Below are positions 11,701 through 26,700 of a DNA stretch of 64,000 nucleotides, piece after piece. The notes under the pieces are model-generated. The model was not told where the DNA came from and searched no databases. It worked only from the letters and a program-made list of their open reading frames with translations. The translations under genes and the position numbers were made by a program. Where the stretch lies: NCBI GenBank assembly GCA_037379345.1, contig CM074511.1, positions 12,400,001-12,464,000 of the forward strand, in the 5' to 3' direction. Source of the stretch: Perna viridis (lineage: Eukaryota). Numbering within the stretch: the first letter of the stretch is position 1; every line of letters begins with the position of its first letter.

Positions 11701-14700
11701 TTCTAATTTCAATACAGAAACATTGACAGAGATATTCAACAGTGCCAATGGTTCTGATCATTCTATGCACAAATACATGCGTAACAAACTGTATCTTCTA
11801 TCTATGACTTAAGATCTTTCAAATTCATGGCTCTAAGGCAATTTTTCATGAAAACTAATGAAGGAGGAAGGGAAGCACTCCCTTTTACCTTTGTATTGTC
11901 CTAAAAAAAGAAATGAATGTGTTTTTTTCATTGTTTATGAAGGAGGTCTTATTTCCTTTTTATTTTGTTAATTGATAAGGCAATTAAAATGAATAATTAG
12001 GAACCCTTGAAATAGACAAGGAAAGGCCAAAGAATCAAGTCAAAAACACATATCATCTAATAATTATTCTCAAAGTTAAATTTATACATGTATCCCATAA
12101 CCAAAATGACAGAATCTTCTAAACTAAAAGTAAACAATCCTAAACATATAAAAATATACCAGTACATATAGATAATTAAAGTCCCACCTAATCATAGTCA
12201 TAAAAAGTCTATTTAAAATTTTCATGATGCACCCTTGCCATGCAGAAGCAAGAAAACAACTGTTTCAAATTGACCCAAAACATAAATTGTCCCACTGGTT
12301 GTTGTAACATTGAGGAAATCTTACCAATAAACTGATCTGATGGAGTGGCATGTATACTTCCTTTGTTTAATATCTGCATAATCTTCTTGACAAATTCAGG
12401 TGGCATTGAACCAGCATGAGATAAAATATCATCTCGGATCAACTGAACAACCTGAAAACAGAAATGCAACCAGTTTCTATAAATATCATGGAATCTGTCC
12501 ATACAGATATACATAACACTATACTGCATGAAAAAATTGCTTTTGGTTTTATAAAATAAGTGTATAAGCTGACTGTCTAAGGTTTATTCAGAACAAATTA
12601 TGTATGCAGTTTTATTATAGTAGTTCCTTTGTCAGACTGGAATGTTTTTCCCTCAATTTAGTAAATAAGAAGATAATCCTATTCTTAGGTGGTATAATAT
12701 TTACATGTCACAAGCAAATTTAAAGAAAATTGTCAAAGGGAGATAATGCAAATGAATTATCTCCCTTACACCTTGCAAGAATTATGTCAAAAAATTTTGC
12801 CATACTTTTTATAATAGATCACTGTTTTAAAAGTTTTTTTTTTAATTCCCAACCATAATTACTTTTATAACGAACAAAAAGCAAATGATTACACTACTGA
12901 GGAATATGAAAACAAACTTTTGACTAATAACCATCTGCATAAATCTTAAATGAATGTATATTATATGTAAACTTGACCTACCTTACAATCAATGGCTTCA
13001 TCTCTCTGGAAGTCTTCTACAGATAATGTTGGTAATGATGGACTGAAATAATTAGATAGATGAGCTGTTGATTCTTAAAATTTTTTATCAGTTCTCACTA
13101 AAGTACCAATCCATATAAACTTTAGAAACTGAGGATGGTAGAGGTGATACAACATATTGAATACGAAGCTCTATACTTACACCATATTCTAACATAAATT
13201 AATAGTCATATCTGTATACAGATCTGTATTCTGAAGAAAACCACATCATTCATCTCCCTCTTAAATCAACCAAATCAAAAATGATCTCTCTTTCATATAC
13301 AATCCATAGAACCAAATGACAACTTTATCATTAGGACATCACAAAACATTTCTTTTTTTTTTATTATAAAACTTCTTACCTGTAAATGTTTTGAGTTCAT
13401 TATGAATAGTTTACCTTTTAGAAAATAGGAAATCTTCAAGGGTCTGGGCCAACTCTAACCACATTCCTTTAAATGCAGATTCTAACAAAAAAAGGTAAAC
13501 CAAAAGTGATAAGTATGAGATTACAATATAACAAAGACATTTGGTAACTCTTAACAGGTGACACTTACTCCTAATTTTTCCCTTTCCTTTTTTGTCTACC
13601 CCGGACTTGACTTTTTATGAGCAACTCGGCAGGTGTTTCTAGAAAAGCAGATGACGCTTAACCTACTGGTACACCTGGTCCATGCTCCCAGTTTTTAGTG
13701 GAGTCTGAGTTGCTCATTTGCTTTTGTTACTTTGTATGTATGATTTTAGTTACTTTATGTTCTTAGTTGTTTATGTCTGTTTTCCATGTCTGGTCTTTGT
13801 CCCAGGATTACATTCTTTTGATTATCGCTATAACCTTAGTTCCCTTGATGACTCTTTTCTCAATGTTTAAATAAAATTGATTTTTAGCAATATGTTGCTC
13901 TCACATTTTCGCTCCAGTGCCACAAAACTTTAAAATTAATGTGTGAAAACTTTTTTTAACAGTTTTTAATGTCATTAATTTCAAATACTTTTATTAGAGT
14001 TACCATGAAATTAAAGAATATTATCTGACATAATTTATTTTATAACTTTTATGTTGGCCGGGGCCTGGTTTAACTCAAGTCTTTCTGTATTGTGTCCCAC
14101 ATTTACAATGCCAAGAGTATTTTCCGTGTAATTATTTGTTCAACGTGATCTTGAATTTTTTCATTCTTAAAAAACACACCTCATTGACCCAATGCATTTA
14201 GAATGAAATTTAGTTGTGAGTTGATAGGTGTAAAGGCAGATCATTAGTTATCTGTCACTTGCAGAGCTTTTCTCAGAATTATTGAAAGTGCACTCTGAGT
14301 TTAGAGTACTACTATTTACAGATTAAGTTTGGTTCCAATTGGTCAAGTAGTTTCAGGGGAGAAGAGTTTTGAAAAATTGTTAACGACTAAAATTTGATTT
14401 ATCTGTATTTTATACAAGCATTTTATCGTAGGAAAAGAGACAGAATAATCTGCAATACTAGAACTAAAAAAAAGAATAAAAGAAAAGTGAGAAAAAGCAA
14501 ACTTCAAAATTTGAATTGGTAGAAAAATGGTCTAGAAAATGTAAATTTTGTCATCAACAAAACTTGATACAAATTGTAAAGGTGAATGGGCCTTTCATTC
14601 TTACAGGAACTTTTATGTTTCATTTTATTGAAGTCCATACCATGTCTCCTGGCAACAGGAAGTCCTAAAGTCAGTATGTTTAGTAGTGAGTTAATGACTA

Positions 14701-17700
14701 ACATCCATGTTGAAGGTGAAGGACAACTGTACTTGTAGCTCAAGGGAAGTCTAAAAGTCTGAAAATAGAAAAGTATGTTGGTTATTTCTAGGTGTTACAT
14801 TTGTACGTTTCATCTTACAACAACCATGGTATGGTCTTGAAGCATTTCTATCCAACAAATGGCCTTGAGAACATATAAGGATCACAGCATATAATGTCAA
14901 AGCAATTAAATCAATGAGTACGGTGATAGTTTTTTTTTACTTTCTTGAGCTTTATCCTCGAAAATATGGTTTCAACCTGACCATCCCACTCATTGAATTC
15001 TTTCTTTCCTAATTTTAACATATGAGTAAAAAAAAAATAAATTCACTTCACATGAATATGTGGGAGTTGTGTATATATTTAGAATTTATTCAAGACAATA
15101 AGTATAAAAACCAAATCATCTAACAAGCCCCAGTTAATATAGACATTTATCTATCACGTAGTGCAACTATGATTCAAATCAAATATTTTTTTCAATAATA
15201 ATCAATTCAAACTCCACAACTATTCTGGTTATCTGATCACTATTCACTACATTCAAATAAAACTGACCACATAATGTACTGAAGGAGTATTATCAAGCAT
15301 TAAATTATAGATAAGTTGGTCGTGCATATAGTAAGATACACACGACAGAGCGACCTTGACTGGTCAGGATAGGTTACTTTATACAGTTACTTGACCATCA
15401 TTACACCACGAAGTGTCAACGTTAAATCACTTGGTATAAGATAGTACATGTACTACTTGTAGATAAAATATCACCTCAATTGAGTGTGTATTGCTCAGAT
15501 CAAAGGGGGGTTTGTGTATTGGCTAGATCAAGATGATTTCACTGTTTATTGTAGACACTCTTTGAGATGAAGTCTCATAAAATATTTTTCCCATGGATTT
15601 GTATGATGTCAAATAGTCATCATATGAAAGATGAGCATTTTAATATAAGCTATTTCAAACAAGAAATTCCAGTTGGAAAAAGTTAAATTACCAAATAAAA
15701 CCCATACATCCAGTACTCATGTAACTATGATTTTTTTTTTAATTGGAAATAACTTTCTATCACCATTTAAATATAGAAATATTGATTTGAACTTAAAGGA
15801 AGAACTCATATTTTTCTTAAAATTCATGAATAGTTAATTTCTAGCAACAATATAATACATAGTATCCAATAAGTTATAGCTATGATTAACCTTTTTATTT
15901 GTAATAATAGTAAAAAAATTCATCAGGAATGATGAGATTGGTGGAACAAAGTTAGAAAAGCCAAAACATCCATCATCTACAATCAACTAATGATTTACTT
16001 CATGTAAAAGAACAATGTAGCAATATTGCTGTATACAATATAAAAAAATATGATTTTCTAAGAAAGGCTCTTGAAGGAGGTGTTTGAATTTCTCAAAATT
16101 ACTGGAAAATATAGAATGGAGTGTAGTAAGAAATTATTTTTTTAAAAAAAGAGAGAAAATTAAAGATTCTTTTTTTTTCAGCACCATATGCAGTACATGT
16201 GTATTAAATCAATAGATAACTGTAGGAAAATGTTAGTGGCTATCATGATGACCAGTACTGTCAATCAATGGTTCCCTGCAGGGCATTGTAATACATCTAC
16301 CAGTCTACAGGCAGTACAAAACTTCCTATATCCATAGATAGTACAATGTTTTCATTGTAGCTCCACTAATCGTTGTATGTTTGTATATGAGTCAACTGCT
16401 TTGAGTTTGAGCTTCAAACAGATTTTAATGTATGTTTACACTTTATGAGTCAATATTTCCACAAATTCACAATCATGGCTAGAAAAGCATGAATTAGTTA
16501 CTGAAAATTATTTTACTTTTTCAATCATATTCCACATTCAATTTAATTCATAGAATAAAGAAAATTTCTCGATGTTAGAATGGATTTAAAATATCAATAA
16601 TTAAAAATTTTTTTTTAATTCTTAGATTTAAAGAATCTCTAAGACTCCAATGAAATGATTGGATAATGTAAATACATTTTTAATCAAGAGATCTCCCAAA
16701 ACGCAAAAAAAAAAAAAAAGATGTCAGATTTCCAAAATATATGTCCAAAAACTGTACAAAGTATATTAAAAGCTTTGGATAGTTCCGGTTGTTTAAATGC
16801 CAAGGTAACTGTGAATTATCTGGATATGAATAAATACAATTTTCAATGTTTTAACAAAAGATAAAATTTAGGTGAAAATCCAGGTAATTCCTTTTTCTCA
16901 ACTGACCACAATGAAATTTGGTAGGTCAGTGAGACCACTAATTTGACATTCAATTCTTATTACATTAAAGGACACTAGCTATTGAAATTGGAAGATTTAT
17001 TGCCAATTACCTTTTCTGAAATAGACTCTTTCTAATTTTATCTGTTATTGTCAAACCTGACTTTGATGTTGGAGTTTTTCTCATTATAAACATATTTACA
17101 CAGTACAGATTTAATTCTGTTTTTCCACATTCCAATGGGCAGTTAGGTTAGTATGTCTTAACATCTAGTCCAGTTATTGACCAGTGGCCCACACAAGTCA
17201 ACCACAACAATTTTAATGCAAAAAAGGGTGCAATTTTAAAGTCAAAATGGTGAAGTTATAGAACTATAATGACCCTTTCTTTTTCAGAACTCTAGCATTT
17301 ATTCCTCCCTATCAATTCTTTTTCCAACATAAATTAAATAACCCACACCAGAAAAGACAGTAGAAAGTTGACCACAAAAAATGGAAAAGAACAATAGATA
17401 AATGATCCATTCTGAGACTAACTGTTATCTATCTAACTGTTTTCCTTGTTTGCCCATGTATTAAACAGTGTGGCAGCTAGTCAGACTACATGCACCTACA
17501 CAAACCACAAACATCACATGCACAGTTTGAGATCTTTTTATTGGATTTTATTTTATCCGGACAAATGTTTTAATGCAGTTACATGTATCAACATTGTCCA
17601 GTTGCCCACACACCAACTGGTATCAAACCTCAAATATGCTCTGTACAATGTTAATGAATCTGCTGTACATGGGATTGTCTTTGATGTTACCAGAAATAAA

Positions 17701-20700
17701 TAATTGTAAAGTTGATTAAAGATTCTTCCTATGTAATTTTTGGCTTTTTACAACCTTGAAATAGTCCAGATGATGAAAGTACATGTATAATAAGAAGATA
17801 TTATACCTCAATGTTCATACACCTCAATTACAGTATCCATGCAGTGATCAAAATTTAAAATGCAAATTTTGCTGGACTGAACCAAAACTATAAGACATCA
17901 CCCAAATATTGGCAAAATATATTGCAGCATAAAAATATAAGGACTATGAATTTATACAGATTAAAACCCAAACACATGACCAAAATGTAAAAACAGGAAA
18001 GAGAGAAAATCATTATATGTAGACAACAAAATAAAATATAATTACTTTATAAAAACAGAGAAAAGGAATACAGGACTCACAAAAAAAAATAAAGCACCTG
18101 CAATTTGAAGTTCCTTTTCAGAACAAGCAAGTTCACTGTAATATTCATCATGTCATTACAAACAAAATACCAGGATTGTTAGAGCAGTGGTTGCCATGCT
18201 GTCCATCTTATTTCTATCCTCTCATTACAGAGGTGTTAACAAGATGACAAATTTAATACCCCTTCCTCAAATAAAATCACTGTATTAATTTAACACCTCA
18301 ACTGGAAACTAATAAACTCTATTAGAAGACACGCTTCAGTATTTTTATTAACTACCAGAAGTTCATAATTGGGATATGAGATAGATGCTTATCAATTAAT
18401 ATCAAGACATGGGTGCATCTGATTACTTAGCTAGGCCAAACAAAACAGATTTTAGATGATTAGGTAATGTGTAAAAATATTCTAATATAACAGTAAATTA
18501 AAGCAATGTGGTAGTTTGTTTTTGTCAATAAATACCAAGTTTCATCTGAGAATACTATGAAGTTTCTAACAGACACAAACTTCAAGGGTCCTCTATCAGT
18601 CCCATTTTTTTTCTTTCTGTACACAGAATCAAATAATGTAGAGTTTCATAACATGTTTTTAAAGAAAATTTAAGAGATACAAATATTTTTAAAATTAAAT
18701 TTTAATGGTTTCTCAAATAGCACATAGTTTTAGACAATTCTAGAGAATTACATACTTAAATCAGCAGATTCCACAACTAGATTCCTGTGGCCTATTCTAA
18801 TGATCACCCATGGCAGATGACCTCAGCAGTGGTCTCCCCTTGGTGGGTCATTAAATTGATATCAGTAGATATCAGTCAAACATCCTCACTGTCCAGTAGG
18901 TCCAGGGTTTAATTATCATCCCAGATGGTGGCAAGTCTGGTCATCTTGGTTTTTTTTAACCCCTCCCACATTTTTCTGGGATTGGAGAGGCAGAGGTCAT
19001 GACTTCAAGTTGTCATATCATTCTCTGATTGATTGTGATTTAAGAAGGAAATAAAGCCATGAGGTCTGAGGTAAGAAGTTTATGACTGTGCCACCTAAAT
19101 ATTGAGGTTATGTTAGGATATTCAAAATGAGGTAAGATAATGTAATCTTTAAAGAAATTAAGTAGGCTGAAGTTTGAATGTACACAATCTGAGATAGAGA
19201 AACCAATTAACTGTTCTGGTCATTACACATGAATTTGGTTGGTTGATCTGAAGAATTCCTATATCCTAGGAAACATTCAGAAATAGAAAATCAAAGACTG
19301 AAGTCTTCAAAGTTGCTAATCGTCAAATATTCTATGCAACTAATTTTGGCTTGCTTTCAACATCTGAAATGGCACGAATGCCATTTGCTGTAAAATGTGG
19401 TGACTTCCGCTACTCTTTCATAACTGTGATGACCCGAATGTTTTTCAATCAAAACAACCTGGAAGGGCGGGTAATGTTTTTGTTGCACACACACATATAT
19501 ATATATTCCCAACGATGTTAGAACTGTTAAATTTCCGATGCAAATTTTTGGTCGTTCCCTCCACCAGACTCAAACTTGTACCGCTGTGACATCTATGGCA
19601 ACACAGCCTGCACAAAGTCCAGCTAGGCTATATAAAAATATAGCTTTCGCTGGCTGGGTCATTCCTCCTCATAGGATTAATCTAGGGTTTTAACTAAGTG
19701 CATGATGTATGGTAGTATGGGACAGCTCATTTAGATGTTATTATATAGGATAGAGGATCAAATTAATGATACATTTCACAACAAATCAATATTATACAAA
19801 CATCAGTCGTCACATTCTGAGACGTTTGTATATATATAGCCTAGATGGTCTAAGGCGCTGGACTTAGTACAGGCGATGTTGCCATAGATGTTACAGCGGT
19901 ACGAGTTCTAGTCCCGCAGAGGGAACGAACAAAAATTTGCTTCGCAAATTTGACAGTTCTAACATTGTTGGGAATTTTTCATAACCTTTTATATATACAT
20001 ATGTAATATTACATTAAGTTCAATGCTAACCGATCATTTCATCTTTTAATAAAAACTTCCCATTCTCATGGACATACTAGCAAAAAACCCATGTAGAACA
20101 CATATGTATGATCTTTAAGAGGTACATTTTGATCTCGTATAAACTAGACTTGATGGTAAACACGACATCGATCAGCAGCATGTGGTGTAGTAAAATATAA
20201 TTATGCAAATCATATGCAAATGTAAAGTACTGGAATTACGAGTGTGATTTAAAAATCTTTAGGACAATATGGATAAAACCTTCACTCCCTACACCTCCAA
20301 ATCATATTCTGGTAAAGTACTGTGTACTATTACTAGTGGAGAAGTCCTTATTTGTTGTAAAAATTTTGTGTTGATTATGTCATTTTTTTCATAGCTTTTT
20401 GTTTCCCCATCAAAAAACTTGGAATCTGAGATTTAGTCTTCACTCATTGACTTGTTTTCATTAATGTACTTTATCCATTTGGATTCATAGTTCCTTCACA
20501 GAATGAATGTGTAAATTAATCATTATTTATCAAAGGTGGGGTTGTGACAAACCAAGAAAATTGAATTTGACTAACTGATTTCATATAGCTGTGTTGAAAT
20601 GTGGAAACTGCTTTGATGAAAGAATAACTGATAATCAAGGATTCCTGATAATCAAGGATTCCTGATAATCAAGGATTCCTGATAATCAAGGATTCCTGAT

Positions 20701-23700
20701 AATCAAGGATTCCTGACAATCAAGGATTCCTGATAATCAAGGATTCCTGATAATCAAGGATTCCTGAAAGTTGTCAAGTAAAGGGTTGTCTTAAAAAATC
20801 AGTCAGAAAAAAAAACAAAAAAACATTTGAATATAACCAAAAGCAAACATAAAGATTGCATTGACAGCATTAGATACATGTACATGTACGTTTATCAGTC
20901 CGCTTTCATTTATTCAATTACATTAATCTAATTTTGTAACAAGAAAATCAAAGACTAAGGATTAATATATTAATTATTGCTAATGAAATCAGCATCAGAC
21001 ATGGATGTATGTTTTATTGATCACCAAATATTACATGGACAGACCAGATGGTTAGTCTGATGATTGTCTCTAGGGAATACAGGCCTACAACCTGACAATG
21101 CTACATGTCCAGAAAATGCTGCAGTATTTCTTTTATTGCAACTTATTTATAATTACAAACTATCCATTCTTTCTAAATGTAGTTTACAGGGATGAGATAG
21201 GAGGAACAATATGGAAGTGAAAATAACCCAAAACTGAAGGAAATATACAGTAGAATGAATTGAAATTGTAAAGAGTTAAAATCTGTGAAGCTGCAGAAAA
21301 AAATCACATTTCTGACTTGACCAAAAAAAAACAGAAACTTACAACAGAATCAAAAAGAATGGCCACTATAATACTTAATTTCTTTTATCTTTTCTGATGC
21401 ATACCTGAATAGACTAAAGCATTAATGTGCTTCTTATGAAAAAATATTGTAATGTTGCTTAAATTCTGACCTGGAAATGTAATTTTTTTCTCTCTTCTTA
21501 CTGAAAGTTACATGTCTAAAATGAATGAACTTTGACTATGACAGACCTATATAACCTGAATATTCCGGCATGAAAATGAGAACTTTGACTATGACAGACC
21601 TATATAACCTGAACATTCCGGCATGAAAATAAAAACTTTGACTATGACAGACCTATATAACCTGAACATTCTGGCATGAAAATAAAAACTTTGACTATGA
21701 CAGACCTACATAACCTGAATATTCCGGCATGAAAATAAGAAACAAAACATTAAATTACTAGGTTTAGGAACATAATACTTTAAAAAAAAAAAGAGAGAAA
21801 TTCATTTAATTTTTTTTTTTAAGACAAGATATAACTTGCAAAAAAAAATAAATTATTTAAGCTGTGTGCTAATTATAGGTTTACAGATCCCTTATATAGA
21901 TACTTTCCAAGGCCATTCACCCTTAATTACATATTTCCTACAAGTAAGGGACCCCCATAGGGCAATTTATGGAACAATGAACTATAAATTTATAAAATAT
22001 AAGCTTTTAAAGTTCAAGAACCGTTTGGTCCCTTTAAAAGATTATCCGCATTGAAGAGAAATTGTACCTTCTTCTATAACAGTTATATAAGAAGAGATAA
22101 TCTGGTACATGTGAAAAACTTGATAACAACCATGGCCTGTTAACGTTATTGTACAATTGTTTAAATCCACACGTCACCGATTTTTCAGTAAAAATACAGG
22201 ATTTAAAGATTAACTGTACTATGAGTAGATTTGTAAATAGAAATCCTGGCCAATATGACATTCATTCATGTTTTCTGATTAATAAATGAAAACCTGTTGG
22301 GATTTAAGCTATACTTTCAATACACTCCTGGTGTTATGTAAGGTTACATAAGTTATATAAAGAATTAAGAATAGTTTATAACATGGTCTGGACAAACAAG
22401 AATAATTACAGCAAATTCCTAGTTATACTCATGACGGCAAAAGTCTGTATTTAAGTATCAGATTTGAAAAGCTTGTTTTGAAATCGTCAGGTGTTTTAGT
22501 AATATTTTTTCCACATGAGTAAGTCTATAATTATGAAAGCAAATTAAGTGATAAGAGGTATGCCTTTTGAATACAAATTTAAAAAAAGGGGGTTATACAG
22601 TATCTAAGTTTTCTACTGAAACAATTTCCCAATCAATCCAGATTGTCATTATACCCTCTTTTGATAACCTATTAAAAACTGACTTATTTATTTTATTTGT
22701 CCTAAAAATTGTTTCTACAAAACCAAATAGTCCAAAAAATAGCACTTTAAAGGAGATTTTTTTTAAAGAAAAAGAAAACAGTACCAACTAAAGTCTTTTA
22801 TTCTGTAAAGGATAAAAGTCAGGATCAGTTTGTTAACTAGTACCTTCTAATTATAAAGAGTTCACCAGAAAACAGATTTTTAAAAAAATCAAATGTTTAT
22901 TCTGATAAACTACTAAATAAATGCTGAAACTTCAAGATTTCTTTCAAAATCGTTTGAATAGATCACTGATTAATTCATACTTCCACCAATAAGCTCTCAC
23001 TGTTGATTTAACCTCATTCTGATAAAGTTCTTAATTATTAAATAAAAATGTAAAAAAAAAAAATAGTCTGAATAACATTAATTTTGTAATGGATAAAAAT
23101 TAAGCATGTGGCAAAAGCAAACACTGCACACAAGATCATACATACAAAAAATAATTCATACACACAAAACATAAATACTTTTTTGCATACCTATTTCAAA
23201 GTAGCCAACCTTATTCCAATAAGCAAATTTAGAATGAAATAATTGTTACATTGTTATAGTCGAAAACAAAAAGTTTTGAAAATACAACTCTTGACACTTA
23301 AATAGAACAATTATTTCTGAATGATAGTTCCTGCCAACAAATACACAAAATTTAAAATTGGGTCTCTGTAATGGTATCAAAATCATAGCAATGAAATTTT
23401 CATAAACCCCACTACACAAAATTTAAATACATCTCTGTAACATCATCAAATTCATGATAACACACCTAACCCTAAATACTGAGAATTTAAATAGAACCAA
23501 CATGTAACATCCAGAAACACATGGTAACATTAAATTTCTGATCAAACATTATCTTTGTAAGATTATTTCATCGTGACCTTAAACCCAAGGTCAGTGGCTG
23601 AACAACAATGATCAGGTGACATAACTCTGTACAATACTCTGGTTGCATCATGTGTTGTCATTTTAATTCACAGAACAAGTTGTTTCCTTGTAATATATTG

Positions 23701-26700
23701 TAATGGATTCCAATACACAATTTTTTGAGGACAAACAAAAGAGGCAAATCAATGGGAAATGGTAATTTGATAAATTTGTATGAATTTGAAAAAGTTGAAA
23801 TACAAATTTTGAAGAATTTTAAATATGTGAGAAACAACTAAATAAAAAAAACTTAAAATTTATCTAACCAGCATACATTTTACACAATAAAATAAATCAA
23901 TGAAAATAATGACAACTAATTTTCATTTGAAATGAAATATGTTATAATAGTAAACTTGGATATTTTAATGTACTCCTGATCATATGAAACATATAACATA
24001 TATCAGAATTCAAATTTCTTATCAACAAAAGAAAAACAAAATTTCTTTCATTTGAAATCACTTTAATTTAAAACATTAAGATTACCAAAGTATAAAATAA
24101 AATATAAAAAACATAATAAATATTATATGTCTACCCCCAAAACTGAAGGTATTACTGTATAAAGTTTGAAATAAATGAAATCAATGGAGAAGAAAAATAT
24201 AAAAGAACTAAAAAAAACCTATATAGTACACCCCTAATAAAAACAAGCATTAAAAATACATATTCTAATACATATATTAGTATTTATCCCCAAAATCAGT
24301 TTTGAATGTCCCCGAGGGAAGGAAGTAGAATAGCTGTCAAATGTTCATGTCAACTGGACCTTGGTCATCAGTCACAGTCACAAAGGTACTTCCCAGTCTA
24401 TACTTATTTTTAAGTAAGAGAACTTAAAACCTCTCTGTAGACAACTCAGGTGACCAGTAGATAGATGTAATACTTGACAATTTGGATCTAATGTCTTATC
24501 ATACAGAATAATTGTTGGTGTCTTATTGCAAAACTTTGTGCAAGGTAAAGTTACAATGGTTTACTTACTGGAATTATATCTGTTTGTTTACATTTTTTAC
24601 TAATATATCTTTTTTTTTAAATTTGAATGTATGATAATTTTTCATTATGAGTTATAGACAAAAACAAAGTTTTGAAATAAAACTTTACACAATTTAAAGC
24701 AATACTATTTTTACAGGTGTTAAATCGACATTTTTTTCCCAGAAAAATATAATAATCACTTTTAGAATTTGTATTATTTGAAAAAGAACATGTTTTTTTT
24801 GGCTTTCATGCTTAAGTTGTCTCATTATACAATACTGAGATTGAACAACATTGTATGTCTTTAATTCAGATTTTAGATAGATCTAAATTTAAGCAAAATT
24901 TTCAAGTTCATACGATTTTTTTTAAGGAACAAAAAGTGACAAATTTCTATTACTTATTTTAATTATATGAACATAAAACATGACACTTATAGGGACTCAT
25001 ACAAATTGTTTATATAGAGCAATTAACTTAATTATCACTCAGATTAATTAACATTCATGTCAAGAAAATAAAAATTCCAAGTGACATTTTTACACAACTG
25101 ACAAATTCATAAAATTTCAAAGATGGTGTCAAATTTCTTGTTTATAGCTGCAGGTTATTTATTTTAAAAGTTGTGGGCTATTTTGGATAAATGAAATTTG
25201 AGAAAACAATGTTGACACAACCAGTTTCCTTGTTCTGGGTTTTAAAGCTACTGGAAAAATTCTTAAGAAATATAATCTATAAAGAATATTAAAAAATAAA
25301 GCTTGCAGAAAAGACAAACATATAAATAAAAACTTTTCAGTATAAATATTCTGTTCGTCTTTTAATAAGATATTTCTACTTTGAAAGACAACACAAAAAA
25401 TGTTTGTTAATTTTTTCATAATTACTTAATTGAAAGATTTCCAAAAAAATCTATTAAAATTTAATTATTTTTTATCAGATAATACACAATGAATTAATCC
25501 CTTAAAAATGACCTTCTCTCAGTGATTTTCATTTTCATAAAAAATATTTACAAATCCCAAAAATTACCACAGGTAAAAACACTCAAGCCCTAACAGGTAT
25601 AAGATCAAATGAGTTTTCCTTTAATGGTATTATTGTTGTTGGTTAATTAACAAAGTTTTGCTGCTATGGTTAAATAGTCACATGGTTCAATAAATTATAA
25701 ATAATCAACTAAGTTGAAAGGTCAAATAGGGAAATACTCAAATTTGATTGGTTGATTCATGGACTTGTAAAGTTTGTGTAATATTGACTGGTCAGGGAGA
25801 AATAGGTGGACATCTAAATGGACAAGCTAGTGAGATAAGTGTAGGTCACTGACATTTTGAACATTTTAAAAAGATGCTTTAGAAAATTATGTAATAGAGG
25901 AGGAATTGCTGCATTCTAGATAAATAAAGGTAAATATGAACAATACACTAGCCATGTGGTTCTGTTTATGTTTTTGTTGATGGGCCAGTTTTGTCCAGAA
26001 TGAAGTTGTTTACATTTGGCAAGGAACTATAGGTGTGTGACTCAATATTGAATAATGGTGGACATAACCTAAGTACACTGTAAACACCTTGAATATTATA
26101 AAGGCATTTGGAAATAAATAATTATAAAAACTTCAGGTAAACAAATATGGTCAGTTTCAAGAATTGGTACAAATTGTTGTGATGATGTAAACATTTTGGG
26201 TTAAATATATAGGTTAATTATTAAAATGGACAGAGTTGTTTTGATTATTCATTTTGATACAGGAGATTGTACCTGTTAATATTAACAGCAGTAAGAAAGT
26301 AAATAGTTATAGGGAAAAAATGAAATACAAACACTTTCTAATAATGGAAATAACTTATGCTTATATATTGCCTTGTATGCTACCTACATGTACATTGTAA
26401 ACATGTATGTGTTTGATATTAATTATCTTTTTTTAAATACATGTGCATGTATCTATATTATTATCTTTTTTTACTCTACATGTACATGTATCTAAAACAG
26501 ACCTGCATTACAAAAGGGGGAACAGGGGAGGGTGTAATAAAAAGTTTAAAAACAAGTATTTTAACAGTTACTTTATTCAGCATAATATTGAATAAATTAA
26601 ATTATTTATTTTGAGTTAAATCATAATAATTTAAGAAATCATAACTTTGGGTTGTACATAATTTTGCATGGTTTTTAAACTTACATGTATAACATACCAC

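Noticed and set aside
19837-19916. tRNA gene
   Set aside because: The B box is imperfect, no convincing cloverleaf forms, and the segment is one arm of an inverted-repeat element.
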